A stretch of DNA of 64,000 bases, taken from Fibrobacteria bacterium (GTDB taxonomy: Bacteria > Fibrobacterota > Fibrobacteria > UBA11236). Shown one piece after another: positions 48,989 through 59,528 of this stretch. The first letter of the stretch is position 1. The number at the start of each line of letters is the position of its first letter. The stretch lies in NCBI GenBank assembly GCA_043745805.1, contig JAYTSD010000014.1:1-64000 (forward strand), written 5' to 3'. The notes beneath the pieces were generated by a model. That model ran no database searches and was not told the DNA's origin. It saw nothing but the letters and a program-made list of their open reading frames with translations. Position numbers and translations under genes: made by a program.

Positions 48989-51900
48989 ATGAAATTTACA
49001 CGCGCCTTTACGCAAGCTGGTATTAGCCCTTATTCTCTTTTCCAATATGAAATTCGTAAATCAGGGCAGCGTAACAATTCTGATTCCGCTAAAAATGTGG
49101 GTACCGAAGTACCCATCGGCTGGTCACAAACCGCCTCCGATATTCTTTCCCAAAAATATTTACGCCGCAAAGAAGTTCCTCAGCTGGATGCTACCGGGAA
49201 ACCATTGCTGGATGAAAAAGGCAAAACCGTCTTGGGCGGTGAAACCAGTGTACGTCAGGCTGTGGATAGACTTGCAGGATGCTGGCGTCATTGGGGCGAG
49301 CAATTAGGTTACTTCGATACACCAGAAGATGGATCCGCTTTTTATGACGATATAGCTTATATGCTTTTGGATCAAAGTTGTGCCCCCAATTCGCCGCAAT
49401 GGTTTAATACAGGGTTACATTGGAAATACGGTATCACGGGAAATGCGCAAGGACATTATTATGTCGACCCTAAAGATGAAGCATTAAAAACTTCACCTGA
49501 TGCTTTTTCTCGACCCCAACCCCATGCCTGCTTTATTCAATCGGTAGATGATGAACTCTTAGGGGAAAATGGCATTTATAGTTTAATGCAAAGAGAAGGC
49601 CGTATTTTTAAATATGGCTCGGGCACCGGAACAAATTTTAGTGCTATCCGTTCTTCCGGCGAAAATTTACAAGGCGGTGGTTCATCTTCAGGACTCATGT
49701 CGTTTTTACAAGTTTATGATCGCGCCGCGGGAGCTATAAAATCGGGAGGCACCACGCGACGTGCCGCAAAAATGGTTTGCCTCGATCTCGATCATCCGGA
49801 AATCGAAGAATTTATTCGTTGGAAAAGTCGTGAAGAAAGTAAAGTGGCGGCCTTAGTTGCAGGCAGCCATGCTTTGCATGAGGTGATTCAATCTATTTTT
49901 AAATTAGGTGATCCTAATAAGCACGAAGAAAAAGAAAAAAATCAACTCTTAGATATTTTACGCAAAGGCTTGGCAAATAATATCCCCGAAGGCTTAATGC
50001 GCAAAGCTTTAGAGCTAGCGGCCCAAGGCATTACAAATTATGATACTGAAATTTTAGATATTCATTTTGAAGGCGCCGCTTATACTACCGTAAGCGGACA
50101 AAATTCTAATAACTCTGTGCGCGTCCCTCATCGCTTTATGCTCGCCTTACAAGAAGATAATGACTGGAATTTAATAAATCGCACCGATGGCAAAGTGCAA
50201 AAAAAATTAAAGGCCCGTTACTTATGGGATACTATAGCCGAAGCCGCTTGGGATTGCGCCGATCCGGGTGTGCAATTTGAAGATACCATCAATGAATGGA
50301 ATACCTGTCCTAATGATGGTCGCATTCGCGCTTCCAATCCTTGTTCGGAATATATGTTCCTCGATGATACCGCCTGCAATTTAGCCAGTTTCAATTTGGT
50401 AAAGTTTCAAGATGAAAATGGTAATCTTAAAATTAAGGAATTTGAACATGCCGTACGTCTATGGACTACCGTATTAGAAATTTCTGTCGCCATGGCACAA
50501 TTTCCCTCGCCAGCCATTGCCCAAAAGTCATATGACTATCGTACCCTAGGTTTAGGATACGCCAACTTAGGATCCTTCCTTATGCGCGCAGGCATTGCCT
50601 ATGAAAGTGATAAAGCGCAGGCCATTACCGCCGGTATTACCGCCATACTTTGCGGAATTTCTTATGCCACTTCCGCAGAAATGGCCTCGCAATTGGGCGC
50701 ATTCAATCGCTATGCGGCTAACCGTGAGGCCATGTTAAAAGTCATGCGCAATCATCGTCGTGCAGCCTATAGCGAAGAATTTCATGCTTATGAAAATTTA
50801 ACTGTGGCACCCAAAGGAATTGATAAACAGTTATGTCCCAAAGATCTTTTACTGGCCGCGCGGCAAGCTTGGGATAAAGCCTTAGATTTAGGGACACAAT
50901 ACGGTTACCGTAATGCACAGGTAACTGTACTTGCTCCCACGGGGACTATTGGATTATTAATGGATTGCGACACCACAGGTATTGAACCCGATTATGCGCT
51001 GGTAAAATTTAAAAAATTAGTAGGCGGCGGCTATTTCAAAATTGTAAATCGCTCAGTGCCGATGGCTTTAAAACAACTCGGTTATCCCGACGATAAAATT
51101 CGACAAATCAAAAATTATTGCTTAGGGTCGGGTAAACTGGAAAATGCACCTGTGATAAATTCCAAAGCACTGCGTCAAAAAGGTTTTAATGAAGATAAAA
51201 TTCGCGCTATTGAAAATCATTTACCCCATTGCCTCACACTCCCCGATGCTTTTCAAGCTTATACTTTAGGCGCAGAATTTTTAACCTCTTTAGGCTTATC
51301 ACTGCAAACCCAAGAGGCAGGAGGCGAAGCTATTTTACATTCCTTAGGATTTACTTCCGAAGAAATTGAAGCCGCTGATATCGCCGTATGCGGCGCACAA
51401 ACTTTAGAAGGGGCACCCTATCTCAAACTTGAACATTATGCCGTATTCGATTGTGCTAATCCCGTGGGAGCGGGTCGTGGCAGTCGTTGTATTTCGGCTT
51501 TGGGTCATTTACAAATGATGGCCTCCGCACAAGCATTTTTAAGTGGAGCCATTTCCAAAACGGTAAACTTGCCGCGCGAAGCAACCATTATGGAAATTCA
51601 AAACATTTATACTTCCGCTTGGAAAATGATGATTAAAGCCGTGGCGCTTTATCGTGATGCATGCAAATTATCGCAACCTTTAAATTCCAAAATGCCGGAA
51701 ACCGATTTAATTTCGCAAGCAAAAAAATCTTTGCCTTCTCCAGCACGGGAATTTTCTTTAGCGATGTCACCCGAAGATTTAACCCGTCAAATTCAAACCC
51801 TGTCACGCCGTCGCTTGCCTACCAAGCGTGGAGGCTTTGTACAAGAAGTTACCGTTAGCGGGCATAAATTATTTCTGCGCACGGGCGAATATCCAGATGG

Positions 51901-52405
51901 AACATTGGGCGAAATATTTATTGATATGTATAAAGAAGGAGCAGCCTATCGTGGAATATTAAATTGCTTTGCGGTACTGACATCCAAAGCTTTGCAATAT
52001 GGCGTGCCTTTAGAAGAATTAGTCGAAACCTTTACCTTCACTCGCTTCGAACCCGCAGGGCCAGTTGAGGGACATGATAATATTAAGAATTGCACTTCTT
52101 TACTGGATTTGATATTCCGCGTATTAGGTTTGAATTACTTAGGCAAAACCGATTTCGTGCATATTAAACCTACGATAACCGCACCAACTCCCACATCGCC
52201 AACTTCTCCTGTGACATCTATTCCTTCATCCCAATATTCGTCCGTTCCGTCGGGAGGCTCTGGAGCCTTAGCATTAGGGGCTGCACAAGCCAAAAGCGCA
52301 GGCTATACGGGTGAAAGCTGCTCCTCATGCGGTTCTATAAGAGTGAAACGCAATGGAACCTGTATAGTTTGTGAAGACTGCGGCACAACCAGTGGCTGTT
52401 CTTAA
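48989..52405 (+). CDS. nrdJ: Adenosylcobalamin-dependent (class II) ribonucleotide reductase
   Basis: PNSPQWFN, HACFI, SGGTTRRAA, SNPCSEY, APTGTI, AISKTVN, YRD, C-terminal CxxC...CxxCGTTSGCS. Confidence 0.96.
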   Translation: MKFTRAFTQAGISPYSLFQYEIRKSGQRNNSDSAKNVGTEVPIGWSQTASDILSQKYLRRKEVPQLDATGKPLLDEKGKTVLGGETSVRQAVDRLAGCWRHWGEQLGYFDTPEDGSAFYDDIAYMLLDQSCAPNSPQWFNTGLHWKYGITGNAQGHYYVDPKDEALKTSPDAFSRPQPHACFIQSVDDELLGENGIYSLMQREGRIFKYGSGTGTNFSAIRSSGENLQGGGSSSGLMSFLQVYDRAAGAIKSGGTTRRAAKMVCLDLDHPEIEEFIRWKSREESKVAALVAGSHALHEVIQSIFKLGDPNKHEEKEKNQLLDILRKGLANNIPEGLMRKALELAAQGITNYDTEILDIHFEGAAYTTVSGQNSNNSVRVPHRFMLALQEDNDWNLINRTDGKVQKKLKARYLWDTIAEAAWDCADPGVQFEDTINEWNTCPNDGRIRASNPCSEYMFLDDTACNLASFNLVKFQDENGNLKIKEFEHAVRLWTTVLEISVAMAQFPSPAIAQKSYDYRTLGLGYANLGSFLMRAGIAYESDKAQAITAGITAILCGISYATSAEMASQLGAFNRYAANREAMLKVMRNHRRAAYSEEFHAYENLTVAPKGIDKQLCPKDLLLAARQAWDKALDLGTQYGYRNAQVTVLAPTGTIGLLMDCDTTGIEPDYALVKFKKLVGGGYFKIVNRSVPMALKQLGYPDDKIRQIKNYCLGSGKLENAPVINSKALRQKGFNEDKIRAIENHLPHCLTLPDAFQAYTLGAEFLTSLGLSLQTQEAGGEAILHSLGFTSEEIEAADIAVCGAQTLEGAPYLKLEHYAVFDCANPVGAGRGSRCISALGHLQMMASAQAFLSGAISKTVNLPREATIMEIQNIYTSAWKMMIKAVALYRDACKLSQPLNSKMPETDLISQAKKSLPSPAREFSLAMSPEDLTRQIQTLSRRRLPTKRGGFVQEVTVSGHKLFLRTGEYPDGTLGEIFIDMYKEGAAYRGILNCFAVLTSKALQYGVPLEELVETFTFTRFEPAGPVEGHDNIKNCTSLLDLIFRVLGLNYLGKTDFVHIKPTITAPTPTSPTSPVTSIPSSQYSSVPSGGSGALALGAAQAKSAGYTGESCSSCGSIRVKRNGTCIVCEDCGTTSGCS

Positions 52406-52436
52406 AAATTAAAATTTAGTAGCATAGGAAATTAAT

Positions 52437-52904
52437 ATGTTTATCACTCATTTACATTTGCTTTTAAATCATGTTCCGGTAATCAGTTTGTTTTTTGCTC
52501 TAGCATTTTTTGTTTTTGGAAAGTTATTGCAAAATAAATCTTGGCTTGCCTTAGGCTCGGGATTTATTTTATTCGCAGGCTTTTCCATTATTTTGGTATT
52601 TCTCACTGGACATGGCGCGGAAGATTTTATTGAAAAATCCACATTCTTTAATCACTCCCACTTTGAAACACATGAAGAAGCGGGCAACTTAGCCTTTATC
52701 GCCACTTTAATCGCAGCTGCTACGGTTTTATTACAATTGGTGCTTAATTTTTTCGATAGAAAACCAAGAACCCTGCCTTTAATTATATTTCTTCTTGCTC
52801 TTCTGTCTTTTGGACTCAATGCAAGAGCGGGTTATTATGGAGGGAAAATTCGTCATAATGAACTATTTCCACAAGACAGTTTACTTCCTACTAGTTTAGA
52901 GTAA
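52437..52904 (+). CDS. Four-TM membrane protein with spaced His residues (DUF2231-like)
   Basis: HLHLLLNHVP, TG..AE, HEEAG, GGKIRH.E. Confidence 0.65.
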   Translation: MFITHLHLLLNHVPVISLFFALAFFVFGKLLQNKSWLALGSGFILFAGFSIILVFLTGHGAEDFIEKSTFFNHSHFETHEEAGNLAFIATLIAAATVLLQLVLNFFDRKPRTLPLIIFLLALLSFGLNARAGYYGGKIRHNELFPQDSLLPTSLE

Positions 52905-52925
52905 AATTAACACCATAAGAAATAT

Positions 52926-53837
52926 TTGAAATTCACAATTCCTAATTCTTCTTGCATCAAATTCCATAGCCTACTAATCCTATGCACTTTAATTCTAAGC
53001 TCATCATTTTTAGTGCATTGTTCTCAAGAAATACACCGACTTGGCACTGATACAAATACATCTAGGATTTCTCCCGCCGAAGAAACTCCCGAAAAAAAAA
53101 TTGCCGATAGTTTGTGGCTTTTAAGAATCGATCCTTTGCAGGCCAAAAAAGCTTTATTCGCCTATGTAAAAGCCAATAAAAAACAAAAACATCAGCCTTT
53201 ATTATTAGCGCGTTTATCTCATGCTTATTATTTCGTTGCGAATTATATAGAAACCAATCCTCAAAAAAAAGACGCGCTGTTTCGTTCCGGCTGGGAAGCT
53301 GCACAAAAAGCTTTAGAAAAAAGCCCTGGCTACCGTAGGATTTTTAAAATAAGTCAAGACGAATTGGAAGCGGGACTGGGCGTAGAAAAAGAATATATAG
53401 ATGCCATTTTTTGGTTCACCGCCAATTTAGGAAAGAGTATTGTGAATAAACCAATTAGTGTTCGTCGCGGTAATCAGGAAATGCTTGAAGCCTATAATAA
53501 AAAAATATTATCCTTTGATGAAAACTTTTTTTATGCTGCGCCCCATCGTTTCTTAGGTGTTTTCAATATTAAAGCCTATGGTGGTGATTTACTTACTGCC
53601 AAAAATCAATTCGAAATCGCTGTAAAAATTGCTCCTCATTATTTGGGAAATAGAACTCTATATGCTGAGTACTATGCTGTAAAAGCAAATGATAAGGATT
53701 TATTTTTGAAACAACTCAATTTGGTCATCAATACACCTATTGATTCCAGTTTGGAAATAGCGCCCGAAAATCATTATGAACTTTTGCTGGCTAAAGCATT
53801 ATTACAAAACACGGATCGTTTATTTGAGAAACCGTAG
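52926..53837 (+). CDS. TatT-family (TRAP T-component-like) helical lipoprotein
   Basis: Lipobox-like LVHC; DENFFYAAPHRFLG, YAEYYAV...DKDLF...L..V, APEN. Confidence 0.7.
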   Translation: MKFTIPNSSCIKFHSLLILCTLILSSSFLVHCSQEIHRLGTDTNTSRISPAEETPEKKIADSLWLLRIDPLQAKKALFAYVKANKKQKHQPLLLARLSHAYYFVANYIETNPQKKDALFRSGWEAAQKALEKSPGYRRIFKISQDELEAGLGVEKEYIDAIFWFTANLGKSIVNKPISVRRGNQEMLEAYNKKILSFDENFFYAAPHRFLGVFNIKAYGGDLLTAKNQFEIAVKIAPHYLGNRTLYAEYYAVKANDKDLFLKQLNLVINTPIDSSLEIAPENHYELLLAKALLQNTDRLFEKP

Positions 53838-53853
53838 TACCGATGCGCTGAGT

Positions 53854-54762
53854 TTATTTTGCTTTTACTTCAGTGGTTGCCGCTGATTTGCGTGCCTTAA
53901 ACTCTACCCATGATTTTACCACTAAAGTTAAGAGCGCTAAAAAGCATAATAGTGAAGCGACGCTGAAAGCTTCTGCGAAATTATATTCATTGTAAAGAAT
54001 TTCTACTTGTAAAGGCATGGTATTGGTAAATCCACGAATATGTCCGGATACCACAGATACAGCTCCAAACTCACCCATGGCTCTCGCATTAGTGAGAATC
54101 ACTCCATATAACAACCCCCATTTTATATTGGGTAAGGTCACTCGATAAAATGTTTGCCAACCACCCGCGCCCAAAACTCTTGCAGCCTCCTCTTCTTGTG
54201 TACCCTGCTCTTGCATAAGTGGAATTAATTCCCGTGCTATCATGGGGAAGGTCACAAATACGGTAGCGAGCACAATACCTGGTAGTGCAAAAATAATTTT
54301 TATATCATGTTCCTGAAGCAACGATCCAAACCAACCTTGTTTTCCAAATAGCAATACATAAATGAGTCCAGCGACCACAGGCGAAACCGCAAAGGGCAAA
54401 TCAATTAAACTGATTAAAAAACTTTTTCCTTTAAATTGAAATTTTGTGATTGCCCATGCCGCCGAAACACCGAATACCAAATTTAAGGGCACAGCAATGG
54501 CTGCTGCTTTTAAAGTCAAGGCAATGGAAGCAAGTGTGTCTTCATTCGTAAAAGTATGGAAATAAGCAGCAAACCCTTTTTCAAAAGCGCCTGCAAATAC
54601 CGCCGCTAAGGGTACAAAAAGCAATACGATTAAATACACAACCCCTATAGTAATTAATATCCATCGCACCCAACGCGTCTCAGAAGTAGTCGCTTTAATT
54701 GTTGTTATTTTTAGTCCAGTGTTCAGTTCCGCAGAGGTAACAGGGTTGCTAACGGTATTCAT
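53854..54762 (-). CDS. cysW: Sulfate ABC transporter permease CysW
   Basis: [42 protein letters not shown]. Confidence 0.95.
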   Translation of the reverse strand: MNTVSNPVTSAELNTGLKITTIKATTSETRWVRWILITIGVVYLIVLLFVPLAAVFAGAFEKGFAAYFHTFTNEDTLASIALTLKAAAIAVPLNLVFGVSAAWAITKFQFKGKSFLISLIDLPFAVSPVVAGLIYVLLFGKQGWFGSLLQEHDIKIIFALPGIVLATVFVTFPMIARELIPLMQEQGTQEEEAARVLGAGGWQTFYRVTLPNIKWGLLYGVILTNARAMGEFGAVSVVSGHIRGFTNTMPLQVEILYNEYNFAEAFSVASLLCFLALLTLVVKSWVEFKARKSAATTEVKAK

Positions 54763-54819
54763 TTATTTTTCACTCCTATTTTTATCTCGAAGCAATCGGA
54801 TTATTCATCCTTGCATTTT

Positions 54820-55680
54820 CTAGCGTATGGATTTAGCTGCACCAGACCATCTTTGTAATAGATTGATGCCGAATAAAAGCGAAAATGAAATCACCAATAA
54901 AAGCGTGGCAATGGTGGTCGCACCCACATAATCATATTGTTCCAGCTTACTCACAATGACCAAGGGAGCGATTTCAGTTTTAAATGGCATATTACCAGAA
55001 ATAAAAATCACTGAGCCATATTCCCCTAACCCACGCGCAAAAGCCAATGAGGCACCGGTTAATAAAGATGGAACAAGTGATGGCAATATTACTTTAATAA
55101 AAATTTGTCCTCGATTGGCGCCTAAACTAGCCGCAGCCTCTTCTACATCTTTTTCCAACTCTTCCAAAACAGGTTGAATAGTACGCACGACAAATGGCAA
55201 GCCAATAAAAAGCAAAGCCACAAAAATACCCAAGGGCGTATAAGCTACTTTAATTCCTAAAGACTCTAAATAATGTCCTATCCATCCATTGCTGGAATAG
55301 ACGGCAGTCAAAGCAATGCCTGCTACTGCTGTAGGTAAAGCAAATGGCAAATCCACCATGGAATCAAATATTTTTTTTCCAGGAAATTCATAACGAACCA
55401 AAATCCACGCCACGAGTAAACCAAATCCCGCATTTACTAATGCTGCCGCAATAGAAGCACCAAAGCTTAAGCGAAAAGCTGCCAATACCTGTCTATCGGT
55501 AACTATTTCCAAAAATTGCTCCCAAGTAAGATGGGAGGCTTTTACAAAAATAGCAGACAGAGGAATTAATACTATTAGACTCAAATAAAAAAGCGAATAA
55601 CCCAAAGTCAAACGAAATCCTGGAAGCACCCTTGGATGCTTCCGTGACTTATAGGTTACGGTAAGTCCTAAGGAAAACAT
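54820..55680 (-). CDS. cysT: Sulfate ABC transporter permease CysT
   Basis: [37 protein letters not shown]. Confidence 0.95.
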   Translation of the reverse strand: MFSLGLTVTYKSRKHPRVLPGFRLTLGYSLFYLSLIVLIPLSAIFVKASHLTWEQFLEIVTDRQVLAAFRLSFGASIAAALVNAGFGLLVAWILVRYEFPGKKIFDSMVDLPFALPTAVAGIALTAVYSSNGWIGHYLESLGIKVAYTPLGIFVALLFIGLPFVVRTIQPVLEELEKDVEEAAASLGANRGQIFIKVILPSLVPSLLTGASLAFARGLGEYGSVIFISGNMPFKTEIAPLVIVSKLEQYDYVGATTIATLLLVISFSLLFGINLLQRWSGAAKSIR

Positions 55681-56693
55681 TATTTGCCTTCCTTAAAAAT
55701 TTGATCGAATACTCCGCCGTCAGCAAAATGTATCTTTTGCGCTTTTTGCCATCCGCCAAATACTTCGTCAATTGTAAAAGTTTTAACGGCAGGGTATTGC
55801 GCTGCATATTTAGCGGATGCTGTTGCAGATCGAGGGCGATAATAATTACGCGCCACAATATCTTGCCCTTCCTCGGAATACAAATACTCCAAATAAGCTT
55901 TAGCCACTTTTAAATTTCCATGTTTGGAGGCAACGCGCTCTACAACAGCCACAGGAGGTTCGGCTAAAATGGTCTCAGAAGGGACAACTAATTCGACTTT
56001 GTCCTTGCCTAATTCTTTTAAAGCCAATAAAGCTTCATTCTCCCAAGAAATAGCCACATCACCAATACCACGTTGCACAAAAGTAGTCGTAGACCCGCGG
56101 GCACCTGCGTCTAATACCGGCACATTATGAAAAAGTTTAGCGACAAAATTTTTGGCTTTAGTAGAGTCCCCATATTTTCTTTGCGCAAATCCCCAGGCTG
56201 CTAAATAATTCCAACGTGCGCCACCTGATGTTTTGGGATTGGGAGTGATAATTGAAATACCGGGTTTAATTAAATCATCCCAATTTTTAATGCCTTTGGG
56301 ATTTCCCTTGCGCACCAAAAACACAATAGCAGAAGTATACGGTGTACTATTATTAGGAAATATTTTTTGCCAAGCCTTGGGAAGTAATTGTGATTTCTCC
56401 GCAATAGCATCAATATCATATGCTAATGCTAAGGTAACAATATCCGCATCCAGTCCATCGATCACTGCGCGCGCTTGTTTTCCCGATCCACCATGACTTT
56501 GAGAAATAGAAACATCGTCTCCGGTTTTTGCTTTCCAATATTTGGTGAAAACTTTATTGTAATCTTCATAAAGTTCTCGCGTAGGATCATAAGAGACATT
56601 AAGCAACTTTATATTTCCGGCGGAAATAAATACTGCACTTAAAAGCAAGCTTGAAATAATTTTTTGCAAAGATTTAAATAAAAGTGAGAACAT
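55680..56693 (-). CDS. sbp: Sulfate ABC transporter substrate-binding protein
   Basis: [52 protein letters not shown]. Confidence 0.95.
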   Translation of the reverse strand: MFSLLFKSLQKIISSLLLSAVFISAGNIKLLNVSYDPTRELYEDYNKVFTKYWKAKTGDDVSISQSHGGSGKQARAVIDGLDADIVTLALAYDIDAIAEKSQLLPKAWQKIFPNNSTPYTSAIVFLVRKGNPKGIKNWDDLIKPGISIITPNPKTSGGARWNYLAAWGFAQRKYGDSTKAKNFVAKLFHNVPVLDAGARGSTTTFVQRGIGDVAISWENEALLALKELGKDKVELVVPSETILAEPPVAVVERVASKHGNLKVAKAYLEYLYSEEGQDIVARNYYRPRSATASAKYAAQYPAVKTFTIDEVFGGWQKAQKIHFADGGVFDQIFKEGK

Positions 56694-56750
56694 GTTTTTT
56701 CCTTTTTTAATGATTCATATTATTTGTGATTTTTTTGTGCTGAATTATTT

Positions 56751-56945
56751 TTATTTCTTTTCTTTTTCCAAACGGAATTTTTCGTTACGTTCGATTTGTA
56801 CGATTTTTCCATTTTGAAGAAAGATCTCAACTGAACCAAATTGCAGATTTTGTAAAGCTTCAAATATTGGAATCAGCTCTTTGGATTGCCAATGCTTAGG
56901 AATCACTGGATTGATTAAAGATGCATTTATATTATTATTTTCCAT
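56751..56945 (-). CDS. YezD family (DUF2292) small protein
   Basis: LQFGSVEIFLQNGKIVQIERNEKFR, upstream of sulfate genes. Confidence 0.85.
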   Translation of the reverse strand: MENNNINASLINPVIPKHWQSKELIPIFEALQNLQFGSVEIFLQNGKIVQIERNEKFRLEKEKK

Positions 56946-56947
56946 GT

Positions 56948-56970
56948 ATACCTATAGATTTTATATGTTT
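56948..56970. promoter_or_regulatory. Candidate Rrf2 operator, copy 1
   Basis: ATACCTATAGATTTTATATGTTT, 18/23 identical to 57062-57084; next to the yezD start. Confidence 0.55.
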
Positions 56971-57058
56971 AAATAGCTTAGTTTCATTTTTTTGCCATTT
57001 TATCAGTGCAAAATTTTGTTTTTAACAAAACCCTTTACATTTTATCTTTTGTTTAATA

Positions 57059-57087
57059 ATTATACATATTAATTCTATATGTATAAT
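57059..57087. promoter_or_regulatory. Candidate Rrf2 operator, copy 2
   Basis: Perfect ATTATACATAT-N7-ATATGTATAAT containing TATAAT on both strands. Confidence 0.6.
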
Positions 57088-57256
57088 ATAGTATAAAAAA
57101 TGATTTTGGCAAAGATTTTTTTCTAGTAAAGCAGAAAAAGCCTTCCGATCTCAATAACCCGACCGGATCCCCCGGAGGACTGTCAATTCCGGCAAAAACA
57201 AAATTTGCAAAGAAGCAATCGGAACACCGCAAGCAAAGGCATAATAGGGAGTCTCA

Positions 57257-58744
57257 ATGAAGACCTTTGATTTAAATTCAATACATAATTCAATAATTCG
57301 AAAATCCGTGATTGTCGCGGTTTTTTTTACCAGTACCTTAACATCATTTGCGCAAGATTCGACGAAAATAGAAATGCCGCGTTTGGATGATATGGAGCAA
57401 CGCCTTCGCATTATCGAACGCAAAGCGGAACTCGATCAAGATGCCCAAGAAGCAAAAGCGAAAGAGATTCCTATTGTCGGTGCCAATGGCGATGGATTTT
57501 CCATAACATCCCTCGATAAAAAATTTGTCCTGAAATGGAGAACCGGTATTCAAATCGATGGCCGTAGTTATTTAGGAGATGAAGAAAAAACTATTTCCCC
57601 TAATTTGGTACCCAACGATAATTTCATCTTAAGAAGATTAAGAACGAGCTTGGACGCTACGGTATATAAATATTATTCCTTTCGCTTTAATCCGGATTTT
57701 GGATCGGGAACAACGGCCATTATCGATGCTTATGTGGATGTTACCTACGTTCCTTGGTTGAAATTCCGCGCAGGTAAATTCATCCCTCCATTCGGACTGG
57801 AAAGGCAACAATCCTATGTAGATGTGCCATTAGTCGAACAAGCCTATACCACCCAACTCACCCCAAATCGTGATGTCGGCGCGCAAGTTTTCGGAGACTT
57901 TTCTGATGGAGCGTATAGCTATCAAATAGCCGTATATAATGGTGCCGCCGATAATGTGAATGGCGATAACGATAATAACTCTGAAAAAGATATAGCCGCG
58001 CGTATTTTCGCTTTACCGTTTAAAAATGGAGAATCCGATTGGGCACGTAATTTAGGTTTAGGTTTTGCTGTAACTGCAGGTGATCATATTGGAGATACGG
58101 CAAGTGCTACAAATTTATCTGCGGTGAAAACTCCAGGTCAACAAAGTTTATTTGCTTATGCTGCTAAAACCCGTGCTTTCGGAAAAGAAACTCACCTGTC
58201 ACCTCAAGGTTACTGGTATGCTGGCTCTTTTGGAATACTAGGCGAATATGTTTGGACTAGCCAAGAAGTTAAACGGGTTACCGATCCTATAGTCACTTTT
58301 GAACATAATGCTTGGCAAACTACTGTAAGTTACGTAGTGACCGGAGAAACTCCTGGGTATAAAAGCTTAAAGCCTCGTCATGACTTTTTGGATAATGGTG
58401 GAATTGGGGCAATTGAATTAGTGGCGAATATCAGTCAAATCAAATTCGACAATAAGGCTTTTGAAAAAACCACCGCCGTAGCCGCTATCGCTGCCGTACC
58501 GGCCACTCCGACTACTCCTGCAAAAGCAGCGGTAGCCGCAAAATCAGCCGCCGCTATTTATGCAGATGATACGAAATCCGCCACTGAAGCACTCACTTTT
58601 GGAGCAGGCATTAGCTGGTATTTAAATCGTAATTTAAAACTCGCTTCCAATTATTATCGTACCCAATTCAAAAAAGGTTCCGCTGGAAGTACTGATCGCA
58701 AAGAAGAAAATTTTTGGGCTGGTCGCGTACAATTTATTTTTTAA
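57257..58744 (+). CDS. OprO/OprP family anion-selective porin
   Basis: Signal peptide, coiled-coil N-terminus, FILRR.R, PDFG, GKF.PPFGLER, PNRDVG, PQGYWY, C-terminal F. Confidence 0.88.
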   Translation: MKTFDLNSIHNSIIRKSVIVAVFFTSTLTSFAQDSTKIEMPRLDDMEQRLRIIERKAELDQDAQEAKAKEIPIVGANGDGFSITSLDKKFVLKWRTGIQIDGRSYLGDEEKTISPNLVPNDNFILRRLRTSLDATVYKYYSFRFNPDFGSGTTAIIDAYVDVTYVPWLKFRAGKFIPPFGLERQQSYVDVPLVEQAYTTQLTPNRDVGAQVFGDFSDGAYSYQIAVYNGAADNVNGDNDNNSEKDIAARIFALPFKNGESDWARNLGLGFAVTAGDHIGDTASATNLSAVKTPGQQSLFAYAAKTRAFGKETHLSPQGYWYAGSFGILGEYVWTSQEVKRVTDPIVTFEHNAWQTTVSYVVTGETPGYKSLKPRHDFLDNGGIGAIELVANISQIKFDNKAFEKTTAVAAIAAVPATPTTPAKAAVAAKSAAAIYADDTKSATEALTFGAGISWYLNRNLKLASNYYRTQFKKGSAGSTDRKEENFWAGRVQFIF

Positions 58745-58846
58745 TGACTTTTTTGTCCGCTTTTATAAAGAAGCGGACTACCGATAGATCCAAGAAAGCG
58801 TACTTGAATCAAAATGTATTTCTTAGAAAGAAGTTTTTAAGATTAC

Positions 58847-59308
58847 TTAAATATCAAACATCAAATTACGTTTGGGATCAGTGGCGCATGCGACCTCATT
58901 TTCTAATAACGAAGCCAAACTCGTTCCATCCAAAATTTTGGCCGTCGCATCGCGCACCTCTTTCATCACCCATCGGATGGAACAAGCATCTTCTTCTTGG
59001 CAATCTTGACAACGTTGATAGGCGGTAATACTTGCACAGGGAATCATCGCTAAAGGCCCGTGAAATGCTCGAACGATAGACCCAACAAAAATATTTTGCG
59101 GATCATCATTCAAAAAATAACCGCCATTTTTTCCAGCACGGCTGCGCAAAATTTCACGATTTTTTAGTTCTAATAAAATTTGTTCTAAAAATTTTTTAGG
59201 AATTTTTTCTTTTTTCGCAATATCACCCGTGAGCAAAGCTTTGCCTTTTTCCTCACGTGCCATATAAAGCAAGGCTTTAATGGCATATTTAGCTTTCATC
59301 GATAACAT
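58847..59308 (-). CDS. Rrf2 family transcriptional regulator
   Basis: KYAIKAL, IPKKFLEQIL, S..GKNGGY.L, GPLA..PC...C.DC.....C. Confidence 0.93.
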   Translation of the reverse strand: MLSMKAKYAIKALLYMAREEKGKALLTGDIAKKEKIPKKFLEQILLELKNREILRSRAGKNGGYFLNDDPQNIFVGSIVRAFHGPLAMIPCASITAYQRCQDCQEEDACSIRWVMKEVRDATAKILDGTSLASLLENEVACATDPKRNLMFDI

Positions 59309-59528
59309 ATTTCATCCGTTTTGTTTGCAAAGTAGCCGTTTATTAGTCAAAAAATGCGGTTTATTTCCTAATAAAGCATGAATTTTATATTTGCCCTCAA
59401 ATTCAAGTATTAGTTGACAGCGATATTTGAATTTTCACCTTATATTGCCAAAGTAAAAACATTTTCAAATAGCCCTTATTATTCATTTTGAATCCATGTG
59501 GGCAGTTGGAAATTTCTGGAGGAATCTA

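Noticed and set aside
48954-52405. Cobalamin riboswitch, NrdR box or intein at nrdJ
   Set aside because: Only 34 nt upstream with no convincing motif; no intein splice or homing endonuclease motifs noticed
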